64,000 nucleotides of DNA from Negaprion brevirostris (lineage: Eukaryota): contig JARDVH010000132.1 of assembly GCA_030324005.1 (NCBI GenBank), positions 73,012,432 to 73,076,431 on the forward strand, read 5' to 3'. Made by a program: the position numbers and the translations under genes. Positions 52,249 through 64,000 of this stretch are shown piece after piece. Every line of letters starts with the position of its first letter. Position 1 is the first letter of the stretch. The notes under the pieces are model-generated. The model had not been told where the DNA came from, did no database searches, and worked only from the letters and a program-made list of their open reading frames with translations.

Positions 52249-53183
52249 ATCAGTTTATAAAAATAGCAATACACAGACAGCACTTAGCTAGTGACATTCA
52301 GTCTTTAAAAATACAATTAACTTTAAAAACCACCAGAACTAAACCCTAGATTACACGGAATTCTATGTTTTAATGGTATCTTAGGTAGTGAAATACCTTC
52401 CAAGAAATACAAACATTGTCCTGTTTGCTAAAATCAGTTGCAGGAAGAATTTGACCTCCCCTGAGTTTGTTTACCACTGTTACAGACCTGGAGCCACAAG
52501 GGATGGATAAGAAGAAAAAAATGTGCTCAAAGTGCCAGGTGGCTTTAGCTCAGCTCCAGATTTTGTGCTCTGTGAAAACATATTTTTTCATTGGTATTAA
52601 TTCCCACTACTTAATGCTGTTGAGTAAGGGTTTGTTTGATGTCTTTCTGTTCAAAACATTTAGTTAATCATTCAGGGTAGGTAAGCATGCTATTATGCTG
52701 TCATATGTGCTGCACTGAAATGCCATAGGGCAGGTTGAAACAAAGAATTTATGCTATATGTATGCTGTACTCAATCTACCTCTATATGTTGGCCCAAAAA
52801 TTGCTTGATAAATAATGTTGAACTCTTCAAAAGGAGCAACAGCAGATGTGGTATTTGTAGTATGGTGGTGTCCATCATTATTAATTTGCAAAATTCCCAA
52901 TAAAAAAATACATCATTTGTTCCAATGTGTCAGAAATTTCTGGATAATTGTCATTGCTCCATCATTGGCCTCAACAAAACTGAAAAAATAATCACCATCT
53001 TGCTGGGATTCTGCCCACTGTGTGTCATGAAATTACTGGATCTGCATCATTAATTCAAGTTAATCTTGCAACAGTCAATTAAGGCAAAGGTAAATCTCAT
53101 AACAGCCTTGTTTAGTTCAGACTTCTAGTACTGAATGTCACTAGCTAAATGCTGTCTCTGTATTGCTATTTTTATAAATTGAT
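52249..53183. repeat. 54-bp inverted repeat (52249-52302 / 53130-53183)
   Basis: Manual alignment gives 51/54 matches between the first arm and the reverse complement of the second. Confidence 0.85.
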
Positions 53184-53185
53184 AG

Positions 53186-54000
53186 AATGCAGAGCTGGGC
53201 AGAAAAGTTGCAGATGGAGTTTAATCCTGATAAGTGTGAGGTGTTTCATTTTGGTAGGACAAATTTAGATGCGGATTACAGGGCCAACGACAGGTTTCTG
53301 AGGAATGTGGAGGAACAGAAAGATCTTGGGGTTTGTATCCACAGATCTCTGAAGGTTGCCATTCAAGTGGATAGAGCGGTGAAGAAGCCTTGTAGTGTGT
53401 TAGCCTTTATTAACAGGTGGTTTGAGTTTAAGAGCTGTGGGGTTATGCTGCAACTATACCGGATCTTGTGAGACCACACTTGGAATATTGTGTGCAGTTC
53501 TGGTAGCCTCACTATGAGAAGGATGTGGAAGCATTGGAGAAAGTGCAGAGGAAATTTACCAGGATGCTGCCTGGTTTGGAGGGTAAGTCTTATTAAGAAA
53601 GGTTGAGGGAGCTGGGGCTTTTCTCTTTAGAGCGGAGGAGGATGAGAGGCGACTTAATAGAGGTTTANNNNNNNNNNNNNNNNNNNNNNNNNNATAGATA
53701 GAGTGGACATGCAGAAACTATTTCCTCGGGTGGATGTAGCTGTTACTAGAGGGCATAACTATAAGGTTTATGGTGGGAGATATAGGAGGGATGTCCGAGG
53801 TAGATTCTTTACTCAGAGAGTTGTTAGGGTGTAGAATACACTGTCTGCTGTGATAGTAGAGTCGGACACTTTCGGAGCTTTCATACTTTCGGAGCACACC
53901 AGAATGATAGGGAGTGGGATAGCTTGATCTTGGGTTTGGATATAGCTCGGCACAACATTAAGGGCCGAAGGGCCTGTACTGTGCTGTACTGTTCTATGTT
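53186..54000 (+). mobile_element. 5'-truncated CR1/HER1-like LINE
   Basis: MQSWAEKLQMEFNPDKCEVFHFGR, KDLGV, YCVQFW; tail GGGCCGAAGGGCCTGTACTGTGCTGTACTGTTCTATG. Confidence 0.9.
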
Positions 54001-55617
54001 TCAATGTATGTCCATACAAGGAAATGGAAATTATGCTGTTTCTTTCTTTACCTTTAAATTGAATGGATTAAGGAGTTGGGCCACTGGTCCAACATTTAAA
54101 GAGTATGGCCCTGTCAGGATGGGGAAGGGGTTGTAAATTGTGGTGAGACATTCAAAAGCCCATTTACCTCAGTGGGACTGAAAAATCCCACTGGCAGGAG
54201 GACCATAAAATTCCACCCAAGGTGNNNNNNNNNNNNNNNNNNNNGTTTGTTAATCTTTACTCAATTCTTGAAGCGACAAGGCCAATGTGTAGAGCAAACC
54301 AGTAATCCCAAATCCATCGCCTTGCATGATCCAAAAACCAAATTCAGATTCAAATCGAATCCAATTCATGGTCCCCACGAAGAGACAAACAAAATCTAAG
54401 TTGACAAGAAAAGACATTATACCCCAGCTTGCCTTGATCTGACACTTGAGGCTGAATGTGCACGTTGAGCGACTTACATCATAAATGTAACACAATCTGA
54501 GGAAGTGAGTTAAAAAAAATCCAATTTGCGTCGCTCAGCATGAGATGTACCCTTCCTGTAATTTCTGGGCTGTTGTAATTCACTAGAGACTAAGGGGTGC
54601 AAAATCTCCCTCTGGGATCAAAGGTCCTTTACTCTTGCTGTGAACAATGTTAATGCAAAGTATCAATTCCACAGGCTTCCAGAGATGATGTCATTTTGCA
54701 TTCAAAGAGTTGAGGAGGTGTATTCAACTGATAAACATTGAGGCTGTTTAATGTACTGGGCTTGGTGTTTGCACAGGACTGTTGCCAAATGTCTTGCTTC
54801 ACACTGCAAAAGGCGCACGTCTTATGACTACACTGGTCTGCAGCAGCACAGAATTCTACTACCAATGCAAACAGAGATCCCTCCTGCAGGCTTCCCCTTC
54901 CCTCATGAGTTGAATTGCTACACACTGCTTGTTTTCCATCCAAGCTTCCATACAGGCAATGTAACTGTCACTATCTGCTGTGCCTCTATGTGAGATTTAC
55001 GGACTGTCAATCATTGAGATTGCCACTTCTATGTACATTCTGGCACTTGCTACGCTTCAGCCCCTGTCTTAAAGAAGCCTTCCTTGCTCACTTTACTTAT
55101 GTTGTTCAGGTTGCTTAAGATGTTTGATAAAGTTTTACTCAAAGCTTCTAGGTCTTGCCATACAGAGCTATTTATGTAGTTGAATGATCCAATGTCCTTT
55201 ACTCAAATGGATTTGAAATAGCCAAGGTTGCATTACAGGAGAATAATTAGAGTGGGCGTGGCTCTGCACAGCATCCTCTAACTTCTGAAAAACCTCATGA
55301 AAAAGTTCCATACCATTAGTGTGGGGTTGACTTCATTAATTAAATCCTTTTGTATTTTGACATTATGTGCTTGGGTAATTCCATGCCCCAGAACTGCATG
55401 GAGTGAAAATATTACGTTTGTTGTTACTCTTCTTGTTCCCTCATGGCATGGGGGAATCTTGTAATCTGTCAAGAAAGCACAATAGAAAATGTTGGCATTA
55501 GTAAACAGGCACAGTAAATTCTGCTATATTTATTGCATTATTCACATATACTCAGTGTATGGCATCCATTCAGGTTCCTTACTTGGGGACAGGAAGACTA
55601 TCTGGAATCTGCTCTTC

Positions 55618-55694
55618 CATGATGTAGAGATGCCGGCATTGGACTGGGGTAAACACAGTAAGAAGTCTCACAACACCAGGTTTAAGTCCAACCA
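55618..55694 (+). mobile_element. Penelope-like terminus followed by 100-N gap
   Basis: GATGCCGGCATTGGACTGGGGTAAACACAGTAAGAAGTCTCACAACACCAGG family sequence. Confidence 0.75.
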
Positions 55695-56369
55695 NNNNNN
55701 NNNNNNNNNNNNNNNNNNNNNNNNNNNNNNNNNNNNNNNNNNNNNNNNNNNNNNNNNNNNNNNNNNNNNNNNNNNNNNNNNNNNNNNNNNNNNNCCTGGT
55801 AGGTATGGATATGATCGGCACAACTTGTGGGCTGAAGGGCCTGTTTGTGCTGTAGTGTTCTATGTTCTATGCATTGCAATACCCATTTCAAACAACAGAA
55901 TTTCCAGGCGATATTTGTAAATTATACATGTCAGCGAGGTGGAATGGTAACCTACTGGTCCTCGTTTTTCCGGAATTAAATGGAAATTAAAAATCAAAGC
56001 ATTATTAGATACAGAATTCCAAATTTTTATGGAGGTGGGTGGGGAGATTTCTATTTAATCATCTCATTTTGCAACACTACATGTCCGTTCATAACGGGAT
56101 TGAGTTGATGATCCCTCTGGTCTTTTTCAAAACAGTTATCACTAAAGATAGACAATGCCCAGGGTAATGATTCTGAAAATAGATATTTCTAACCTACACT
56201 AACTCTTTTTCTACACACTTCAAACATACGTTCTAGTTCTGCAATTGCACGGGCTCTGGTCCCACCATCTCTTTCCACCTCAGATAACCTATCCATTTGC
56301 TTTGATTGTGGTGGCTTCACATACTAATATCTATATTCTGTCAACATTTATGGATTTGGGAAACAATAT

Positions 56370-56655
56370 GATAATGACTGTTTTTTGTAATGTTGACTGA
56401 GGAATAAATATTCGGTTGGACAACAGAGTTCTCTCTCCTGCTCTTCTTTGAATTGCACCATGGGGTGTTTTGCATCCACCAGATCGGACCTAGTCTCATC
56501 CAAAAAGACTTTATCTCCAATAGTGCAGCTGCTCCTTAGTACCGCACTAGAGCGTCAACCTTAACTTTTGTTCCCAAGCCCTGGAGTGGGACTTGAACCT
56601 GGAAACTTATGATCCAGAGGCACGGGTGCTGACAACTGAGCACAGCTGATACCAA
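56370..56655 (-). mobile_element. DeuSINE (SacSINE1-like) 5' half
   Basis: GGAGTGGGACTTGAACC (B box on minus) and TGTTGACTGAGGAATAAATATT (Deu domain, reverse of 19890-19915). Confidence 0.65.
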
Positions 56656-56659
56656 CTAG

Positions 56660-57030
56660 GGTTGTACTGCCTGAAATTTAGAAGCCAAAGGGGTGATTTG
56701 ATAAATGTTTTAAAAAGATCTAATGAGAACAGAGGGGGTAGAAAGAGAAAAATTATTTCCACTGACTGGGAAGTCTAGGAGATTAAAGTTTAGATCTTTC
56801 AGGAGTGAAATTCAGAAATGCTTATACACACGAAGGGTAATAGACATTTGGAACGTTCTTTCACAAACAGTACTTGATGCTAGATAAACTGTAAATGTTA
56901 AAACTGAAACTGATAGAGTTTTAAACCTAAAGAGATATAGTTAAGGTGGATATGTGAAATTGGGCCTCAGGTCAGTGGTGATCTCATTAAATGATAGAGC
57001 AGCTTATACGGACTAGATGGCCCATAAAAT
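56660..57030 (+). mobile_element. Decayed CR1 3' end
   Basis: GGTGATTTGATAAATGTTTTAAAA, ACACACGAAGGGTAATAGACATTTGGAAC similar to CR1 C-terminal motifs. Confidence 0.6.
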
Positions 57031-57050
57031 ATGGTACAGTATATCAGAAC

Positions 57051-57157
57051 GTAGAGGTGCCGGCATTGGACTGGGGTAAACACAGTAAGAAGTCTCACAA
57101 CACCAGGTTTAAGTCCAACCAGTTTATTTGAGAGTAATCCCACAAACTTTCGGATGT
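57051..57157 (+). mobile_element. Penelope-like terminus (single arm)
   Basis: Near identical to 55623-55694; ends at CACAAACTTTCGG, the reverse of the hammerhead GAAA half. Confidence 0.75.
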
Positions 57158-57463
57158 TTTCACAAGTTTTCCAAAAGCTTGTGGGGTTAATATGAAATAA
57201 TCTGCTCTTCCAGCCAGGATAGTTGTTTTTTTCAATTTTCTCCTTTTCTCTCTTTCCTCTTCTCTTAAATCTGGGTCTGGATGCATGGATATTCAGCACC
57301 TTCCTGTAATTGGCTTAAGTTGCCACTCTTAGCATGTGAGCCCAATGACTGTTGGCTGGATATCTTAAGAACATGCATCAAAATTGTAGATTCTGCTCTC
57401 ACTTGATGTCCACATGTACATGCTTTCTAACATGGGCAAATGTTAAATAACTATTTAACATCT

Positions 57464-58460
57464 GGACCCTAGGAAGGGCATTAAATTCCAGCCAATGTAT
57501 GCAAAGCAAACCCTCATAAATGGCAATTCGATGAGTGAACAGTTAATCCATTTAACTACTTGTGCTGCTGGATCTATAAACCAGAATTTTACCGCCCGAT
57601 TCTGGGGCAGGCAAGGCTCACAGAACAGCATTCTCTGTTGGCCTCGGGCAGGATCTTACGAGCCTCAGGTGTTATTCATCTTCTATAGTAAATAAACATA
57701 TTTATACATATTGATGATATCCTTGTTTTAATGAGAAGGAATATATTTGTTTTGTGTTTTCATTACTCATTAATATTTTACTGTGTTCTCACTGCAGTGA
57801 GCCCTGGCTGAATTTGCCTTTCCAACTCAGATAAACCAACTGAGCAAAGACTGGAAATTGTACCTGGTCTTCCGGTCTTGAGCTGCATATACAAAATGAG
57901 CCATTGGAGATCTGGCAAGTGAACAGAAATATCATCTATATCCAATGAATCTTCCTAGTCATATATCCATATATCCTCTCAAAACAAGAATATACATAAA
58001 TTGTTTTGACTACTGAAGAGCAGTGTTTTTTTCTGTTCATTAATATTTCACTTGTACTCACATCAGAGTCAAAGGTTAGAGGTCAAAGTCCCACTTTGGT
58101 GCATCAATAAATAATCCAGGCTTACACTGCAGTTTAGTACTAAAGGATTGTTAAATTGAAGGATACAGTTCTTTGTACAAGCTATTAAAACAGTTATTTT
58201 GCTTATGACCATGATTTGGTGGACATTATGGCTGGTATTTTACCACCTCATGCGCCCGAGGCTCATAAGATCCTGCCCGAGGCCAACAGAGAATGCCGTT
58301 CTGTGAGCCTTGTCTGCCCCAGAATCAGGGCGGTAAAATTCCAGTTTATAGATCCAGTGGCACAAGTAGTTAAATGGATTAACTGTTCACCCATCAAATT
58401 GCTATTTATGGGGGTTTGCTTTGCACACATGGCTGGAATTTAATGCCTTCCCTAGGGTCC
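57464..58460. repeat. ~205-bp inverted duplication (57464-57670 / 58253-58460) including a MITE end
   Basis: Arms align as reverse complements along their length, e.g. GAATTTTACCGCCC..CTCTGTTGGCCTCGGGCAGGATCTTA vs TAAGATCCTGCCCGAGGCCAACAGAG..GGGCGGTAAAATTC. Confidence 0.9.
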
Positions 58461-58707
58461 TTGACCTGGGAAGCCCTGACACTGGTGACTTAGTGACTAA
58501 TTAATGGTCAGTACTTTCCAAAGGAGGTGACATAGAGCTGTTGCCTGCTCTCTAGCCAGAAGACCAGACCCCTGTCACCTAGATTAAGTTCCACCCATGA
58601 GATATCATCTTTAACTCCATAACAATAATTCCATTTCAAAATAATTCCCAAATGAAGTACTTCCAAAAATTCCTGTGAGAAGTGATAAAACACTATCCTG
58701 GCTGGTA

Positions 58708-58840
58708 AGCTAAATTCTCCCTCAGTGTACCCAAAAACGTGCTGGAGTGCGGCAACTAGGGGATTTTCACACTAATTTCATTGCAGTGTTAATGTAAGCC
58801 TACTTGTGACACTAATAAATAAATAAACTTTTTAAAACTT
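58708..58840 (+). mobile_element. HE1-like SINE type A tail only
   Basis: GCTAAATTCTCCCTCAGTGTACCC..TAATAAATAAATAAACTTT. Confidence 0.75.
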
Positions 58841-59141
58841 CATTCTCTGCATCGAAAAAGACTGTTACAAGTGCACGCCATGGTTTACAAAAGAATTGAT
58901 CTGGTGCTATTTTCTCTGTGTGTTAATGAGAGTCACTATAGTTGTCAGAGTTGTCAGAGTGCTATCAACTAGCCCGGGATGGTTGTATAAAATAAGTTCT
59001 TATTTGACCTTGCTAACCTGTCATTGAGAATCTATAAATCCCAATAGAGGCAAGGAGATGGAAGCTTCAAGAGACAAAAAAGAGCTGAGAAGTTTCTTTG
59101 GCTCAGTGACTATCACTGTTTGCTGTGCAGATACATGGATT

Positions 59142-59440
59142 TGGGCCAGTGTCTGTGGGAGTTTGCATGTTCTCCCCGTGCTTGCATGGGTTTCCTCCGG
59201 GTGCTCTGGTTTCCTCCCACACCCCAAAAACATGCTCTTAGGCTGATGGTATTAACAAATTGTCCCTAGATTAGTCGTCCCTCAATCTGGTTACGGTTCC
59301 TTTATTGTGGAGTCCAATAGGTGTAGACAAAGTCGTAGGTAGAAGAGGGCACTCACAATGTTAAAATGGCGGCGTGGGCTCGTTGGGCCAAAGGGCCTGT
59401 TTCCCATGCTGTGTTGTTCTTTGTTCTTTATTCTTGTTCT
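59142..59440 (+). mobile_element. V-SINE variant with a third tail type
   Basis: V-domain GGGTTTCCTCCGGGTGCTCTGGTTTCCTCCCAC, then tail GGCGGCGTGGGCTCGTTGGGCC..GTGTTGTTCTT shared with 19398-19470. Confidence 0.7.
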
Positions 59441-61359
59441 AATCCAATACATGAGTTTTTTCATTCCTTACAGCATATTATGAGACCTGATGAGACAGTG
59501 GTCAGAGTCACCTGACAGGAGTTTCAGCATACTCAAAGAAGCTGTATGCAAAGATGCAAGTTTGTTTTCCTGCAACAGAAAGAAACCTGTCAGTACGTAA
59601 TTAGATGCTTCTGCAAAAGGACTGTGAGCAAAATACCAAAACCATGAGATGGAGGCATATCAAATCCACAAAGTGGAGAGATAACATTTTACTGCCTGAG
59701 TGATACCATGAGTAATGTTTCCCCCCGCCACCGAGTATAGAAAATAAACTTGAAAGATCATTTAATTTTGGTTGTAAAAATTGATTGTAAATTACGTTTA
59801 GTTGAGTCATAATAAAGTTAATGATTATGTTGATATGAATAGGGATTATACTTTTTAAAGAAAGGAATGTATTGTTATATTATTCTGCATATATGGATGG
59901 AGCGTCTATGCACAATACTTACTATTGCACTACAGTCAGTGTACCAAACCAAAAATGTAACGTTTCACTATCCACATGGAAAGCTGCAAGAAATACATTT
60001 GACGTAAACTCTAAATGTGTGAATATTTCAGACTGCTGGGAACTGGAAGATGTAACAGCCTTTACTATCCAAGATAAGGATTGCACAGCAATTGCTTGGG
60101 AAGTTCAAACTTCTCCAGGCAATTGTCTTGCACTGGGAATGATCAAATAATGAGAGTTAAATTGCAAACTTCGGATGGTTCCATGTGGCATACAGTAATA
60201 ATAATCAGAAAAGGTTAGAAGAATTAAACTATTTCTAGCTTCTGGGTAATTCTAGCACTGATCCACCCTATCCCTCCACAGGACATCCCCCTACAGCTCC
60301 CGCAATATCCGCAGGACTCTGAACACCCTCCAAACAAGTCCACACCTCCTCACTACCACCCCCAATCTCTCCCCACAGGACTTCCCCCATCCAGCTCAAC
60401 TACTGCCCTAAGTGCTCTGCCTCCCTCATTGAGCTGACCTGACCTAACCAGCCACCGTCCACATCACTCCCCTCACCTGTCCCCGCCTCCATTCCACCCC
60501 ATCATGTCCTCAGGCTCAGCCAAGTCCCTGTTCCCACTCCCCTCAAACCTAACCCGATCTCCCCACACTCTTCTCCTCTCCTGCCACTCCTCTGCCCCCC
60601 TTCCTCAGCCTCCCAAATCCTATCCAAGTACCTTATACACTTACCTCTCTAGCTTCTCAAAGTGGCTGGACCTTCAAACTTATCTACTGTGTGGCAACTA
60701 ATGCTGTAAAAAAAGGCTTACTTATCTTTGACTGAACTGCCCTCAATTACAGGCCTTGAGAACCTGCTGTGATGGAGTAATCCTACCTGGCCTAAGCTAG
60801 AAGGTTAGGTGAGATAGGATGGTTTCATTCTGAGATAAGAAACTAGGATCAAAGTGAAAATCTGACTCAATTGCTACTCTGCCAGAAGTTACAGGCCAAC
60901 ATATCTTGTTTTCCAATTTTAAAATAGGAAACTATAACACAATAAATTTGTGGTGCTGCTGGAGCAGGCAGTTCAAGGTTTGCATAATATGACTGATTGT
61001 ATGGCTACTGTGTTTAGTAGCAACAAAGAATTAAAGATGGCAATCTGTAAACAATCAATCATTACTCATGAATTTTTAAAAAAATCCATTGCAGCATTTC
61101 CCAAAAGGAAATTTTGAATAATACTAAAATCTACGTTATGGTAAAGATAATTGAGCTTGGTTACGTTCCAGTCCTATAATTTTGAAAATACTCTACATTA
61201 AAAGGAGGCTCTTTTCATTCCTTTTTCAAAGCACTTTCCCCCCTATCTATTGAGCCACTCTGCTGTTACAGTGATTGTTGAAAAATTCAAATTCACTGTG
61301 AGCCTGGCACAAACTGTATTTGCATTATCACTTATATTTCCATTCCCTCTAGTAGTATC

Positions 61360-61950
61360 ATATTGGAATATAAAAGAAGGGATGTTTCACTACAGTCGTA
61401 CAAGGCATTGGTGGGACCACATCTAGAGTACTCCATACAGTTTTGTTCTCCTTAGTTGCATTAGAAACAGTTCGGAGAAGGTTCCCTTGACTGATGCCTG
61501 GGATAGAGGTGATGGATTATTGTATGAGGAAACGTTGTACCGGCTGAGTCTATATCCATTGGAATTTAGAAGATTGGGAGATGATTTCATTGAAATACAT
61601 AAGATCCTAAGAGGACTTGACTGGGCAGATACTGAAAGGATGTTTTTCCTTGTGAGGGAGGCTAGAACTAATGGACAAAGTTTAAGAATAAAGAGTCTCC
61701 CCTTTAAGTGGAGATGAAAAGATATGTTATCTCTCAGAGGGTTATGAATCTTTGGAACTCTCTTCTGCAGAGAGTTGTGGAGACAAAGTCAAAGAATAAT
61801 TTTAAGGCAGGAGTAGATTTCTGATGAACAATGGAGTCCAAGTTTATCAGGGATACGTGCAATATGGACTTGAAGCCACAGTTAAATTAGCCCTGATATT
61901 ATTGAATGGCAGAGCAGATTTGAGGGATCAAATGGCCTACTATTGCTCTA
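61360..61950 (+). mobile_element. CR1-like LINE 3' part
   Basis: LYEETLYRLSLYPLEFRRLGDDFIEIHKILRGLD; CTCAGAGGGTTATGAATCTTTGGAACTCTCT. Confidence 0.85.
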
Positions 61951-62019
61951 AGTTTATCTTACAGCTACATAATGTAGATTTATGTTAATGGAAATTTTGT
62001 CTTCAAGTTCCTTTATCTT

Positions 62020-62295
62020 TTCATGGGATGTGGGCATCACTGGAATAGTCACTTATGGGCTAGGCCAGGTAAGAATGCCAGATTACTTTCCCTGGAGAAC
62101 ATTGCTGAATGAGATGAGTTTTTATGACAATTGACAATGGTTTCATGGTCACCATTAATTAGCTTTTTAATTCCAGATCATTATTGAATTTAATTTCCAC
62201 CAGCTGCCATGGCAGAAGCTGAGCTTTTGTCCACTGAACTTCAAACTGGGCCTCTGGATTACGAGTCCAGTGACGTTCATTTTATGCTACTGTTT
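62020..62295 (-). mobile_element. tRNA-derived SINE, second family
   Basis: ACAATTGACAATGGTTTCATGGTCA shared with 50466-50490. Confidence 0.7.
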
Positions 62296-62480
62296 CCACG
62301 TAATTCGGGTTTCCAAATAGATAATCTATATTACAACTGATTGTATTAATAATGAGGTTAATCCCACAGCACCAGAACTGTTTCTACTTCAAATGCCTTC
62401 AAACGAAAGAGGGCTTAAACTGGTGCAATGAACCACATAATTCTGCTTTAATTTTTGAAGTACTAAATTAGTAAAGAGCA

Positions 62481-62694
62481 GGCACAGTAAGAAGTCTCAC
62501 AACACTGGGTTAAAGTCTAACAGGTTTATTTCGTATCACAAGCTTTCAGAGTGTTGCTTAGTCCCTTGACTAACCTGATGAAGGGACAGTGCTCTGAAAG
62601 CTCATGATATCAAATAAACCTATTGGGCTTTAACCTGGTGTTGTGAGACCTCTTACAGTGCCCACCCCAGTTCAATGATGGCATTTCCACATCA
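62481..62694. mobile_element. Complete fold-back Penelope-like element with hammerhead motif
   Basis: ~70-bp inverted arms (62481-62551 / 62592-62662) plus one-sided extension CACCCCAGTTCAATGATGGCATTTCCACATCA. Confidence 0.8.
62571..62607 (+). ncRNA. Minimal type I hammerhead ribozyme motif (core intact, stems decayed)
   Basis: CTGATGA (62575)-A-GGGACAGTGCTCT-GAAA (62596)-GC-TC; predicted cleavage after C62603. Confidence 0.6.
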
Positions 62695-62802
62695 CATCTA
62701 AGGCAGTACTTCATGTACCAACACCACATGGTTGAGGCAGCATTAAATTTCAGTCTCTTAAAATACTAGTTATATACTTTGAACTGTTGTTTCAAAGTGC
62801 TA

Positions 62803-63113
62803 AAGTTTTAAAGCTCATTTATTTGTGTCACAAATAGGCTTGCATTAACACTGTAATGAAGTTACTGTGAAAATCCCCCAGTTGCCACACTCTGGCGCCT
62901 GTTCTGGTACACTGAGGGAGAACTTGGCATAGCCAATGCACCTAACCAGCATGTCTTTCTAACTGTGGGAGGAAACCAGAACACCCAGAGGAAATCCACA
63001 AGGCCACAGGGAGAATGTGCAGATACTGCATAGTGACCCAAGCTGAGAATCAAACCCAGGTTCCCGGCGCTGTGAGGCACCAATGCTAACCACTGTGTCA
63101 CCGTGCCGCCCCC
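62803..63113 (-). mobile_element. HE1-like SINE (tail type A)
   Basis: Reverse complement of 11565-11870. Confidence 0.85.
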
Positions 63114-63600
63114 ATATGACATACAGGCATATGCTGTATGTCATTAACCATCCTATTAATGAAGGCATAAGCTACTCAAATATCCACTGGCATGTGCTTA
63201 CATTTAAGCTTACAGAAAATTACAAATTTGGTTAAGTAATTTCGAAAAAACTCTGGACGGTGAATATTTTATACTTTGGAAGAGGCTAACATTAGAGCAT
63301 TTGGTCTAGATCTCTTGTTTAACAGAAGTAACTGGTTTTAAATGTAGAATAATCCTGATTTTTTTAAAAAAAATGTAAACATCTTGAATAAAATTAGTTT
63401 GTTGCTGTATTGTGTTCCTAAAATGTTATGTGGGTAATTTAAACAATGTGTTACTGGAAGAAATCAAACCCTTAAGATTTATTTTAAAATATTTAACTAA
63501 ACCAATTTATCTTTTTGCAAGGATGAAGTTTCATACTGCTTCACTTCAGTATGATGTATTGATGCAAAAAAAACCCACCACCTCTGCTTTATACTATTTT

Positions 63601-63677
63601 TGATGTGGGTATGCCGGCGTTGGACTGGAGTAAACACAGTAAAAAGTCTGACAACACCAGGTTTTAGTCCAACCGAT
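63601..63677 (+). mobile_element. Penelope-like terminus followed by 100-N gap
   Basis: Near identical to 30405-30481. Confidence 0.75.
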
Positions 63678-64000
63678 NNNNNNNNNNNNNNNNNNNNNNN
63701 NNNNNNNNNNNNNNNNNNNNNNNNNNNNNNNNNNNNNNNNNNNNNNNNNNNNNNNNNNNNNNNNNNNNNNNNNNNNNTTAATAAGGGATGTGGAACCAGT
63801 AGATGTGGAACCAGTGGAACCAGTAGAACCAGTGGATGTGGTTTATTTGGACTTTCAGAGGGCTTTCAACAGTGGATATCTAGGGTTAAAATTCCACCCC
63901 TAATAATTTTAGGATAACATGTTGACCGTGAATTTTTTATCCCTTCTGATTTTTTGACATCGTTTCAGTCCATGTTTTTCTATAAAGTTTATTTATTTAT

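Noticed and set aside
30403-63677. Recurring palindromic repeats as CRISPR-like array or prokaryotic system
   Set aside because: Dispersed, no repeat-spacer periodicity, no cas or operon-like genes; the DNA is vertebrate.

Overview
Vertebrate nuclear DNA, AT-rich and repeat-dense with many N gaps. The repeat content (HE1/V-SINE-like SINEs, CR1/HER1-like LINEs, DeuSINE/SacSINE1-like copies) points to a shark. The only intact protein-coding gene is ARL4A (single coding exon 22804-23406, 200 aa), with a CpG-rich CCAAT/GC-box promoter, non-coding first exon(s) and a long 3' UTR. The rest is mostly decayed and often nested transposons: a Gypsy LTR relic with both LTRs, a ~5.7 kb two-gene PIF/Harbinger element (transposase plus Myb/SANT gene) inside a CR1 LINE, further Harbinger relics, CR1/L2/Rex1 LINE fragments and SINEs. 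The most notable signal is a set of fold-back Penelope-like termini carrying minimal type I hammerhead ribozyme motifs, all degenerate in the copies visible here. Two long-spacer inverted duplications also stand out. I found no convincing new protein-coding system. Repeat family names come from recalled consensus features, not database searches, and repeat boundaries are approximate.
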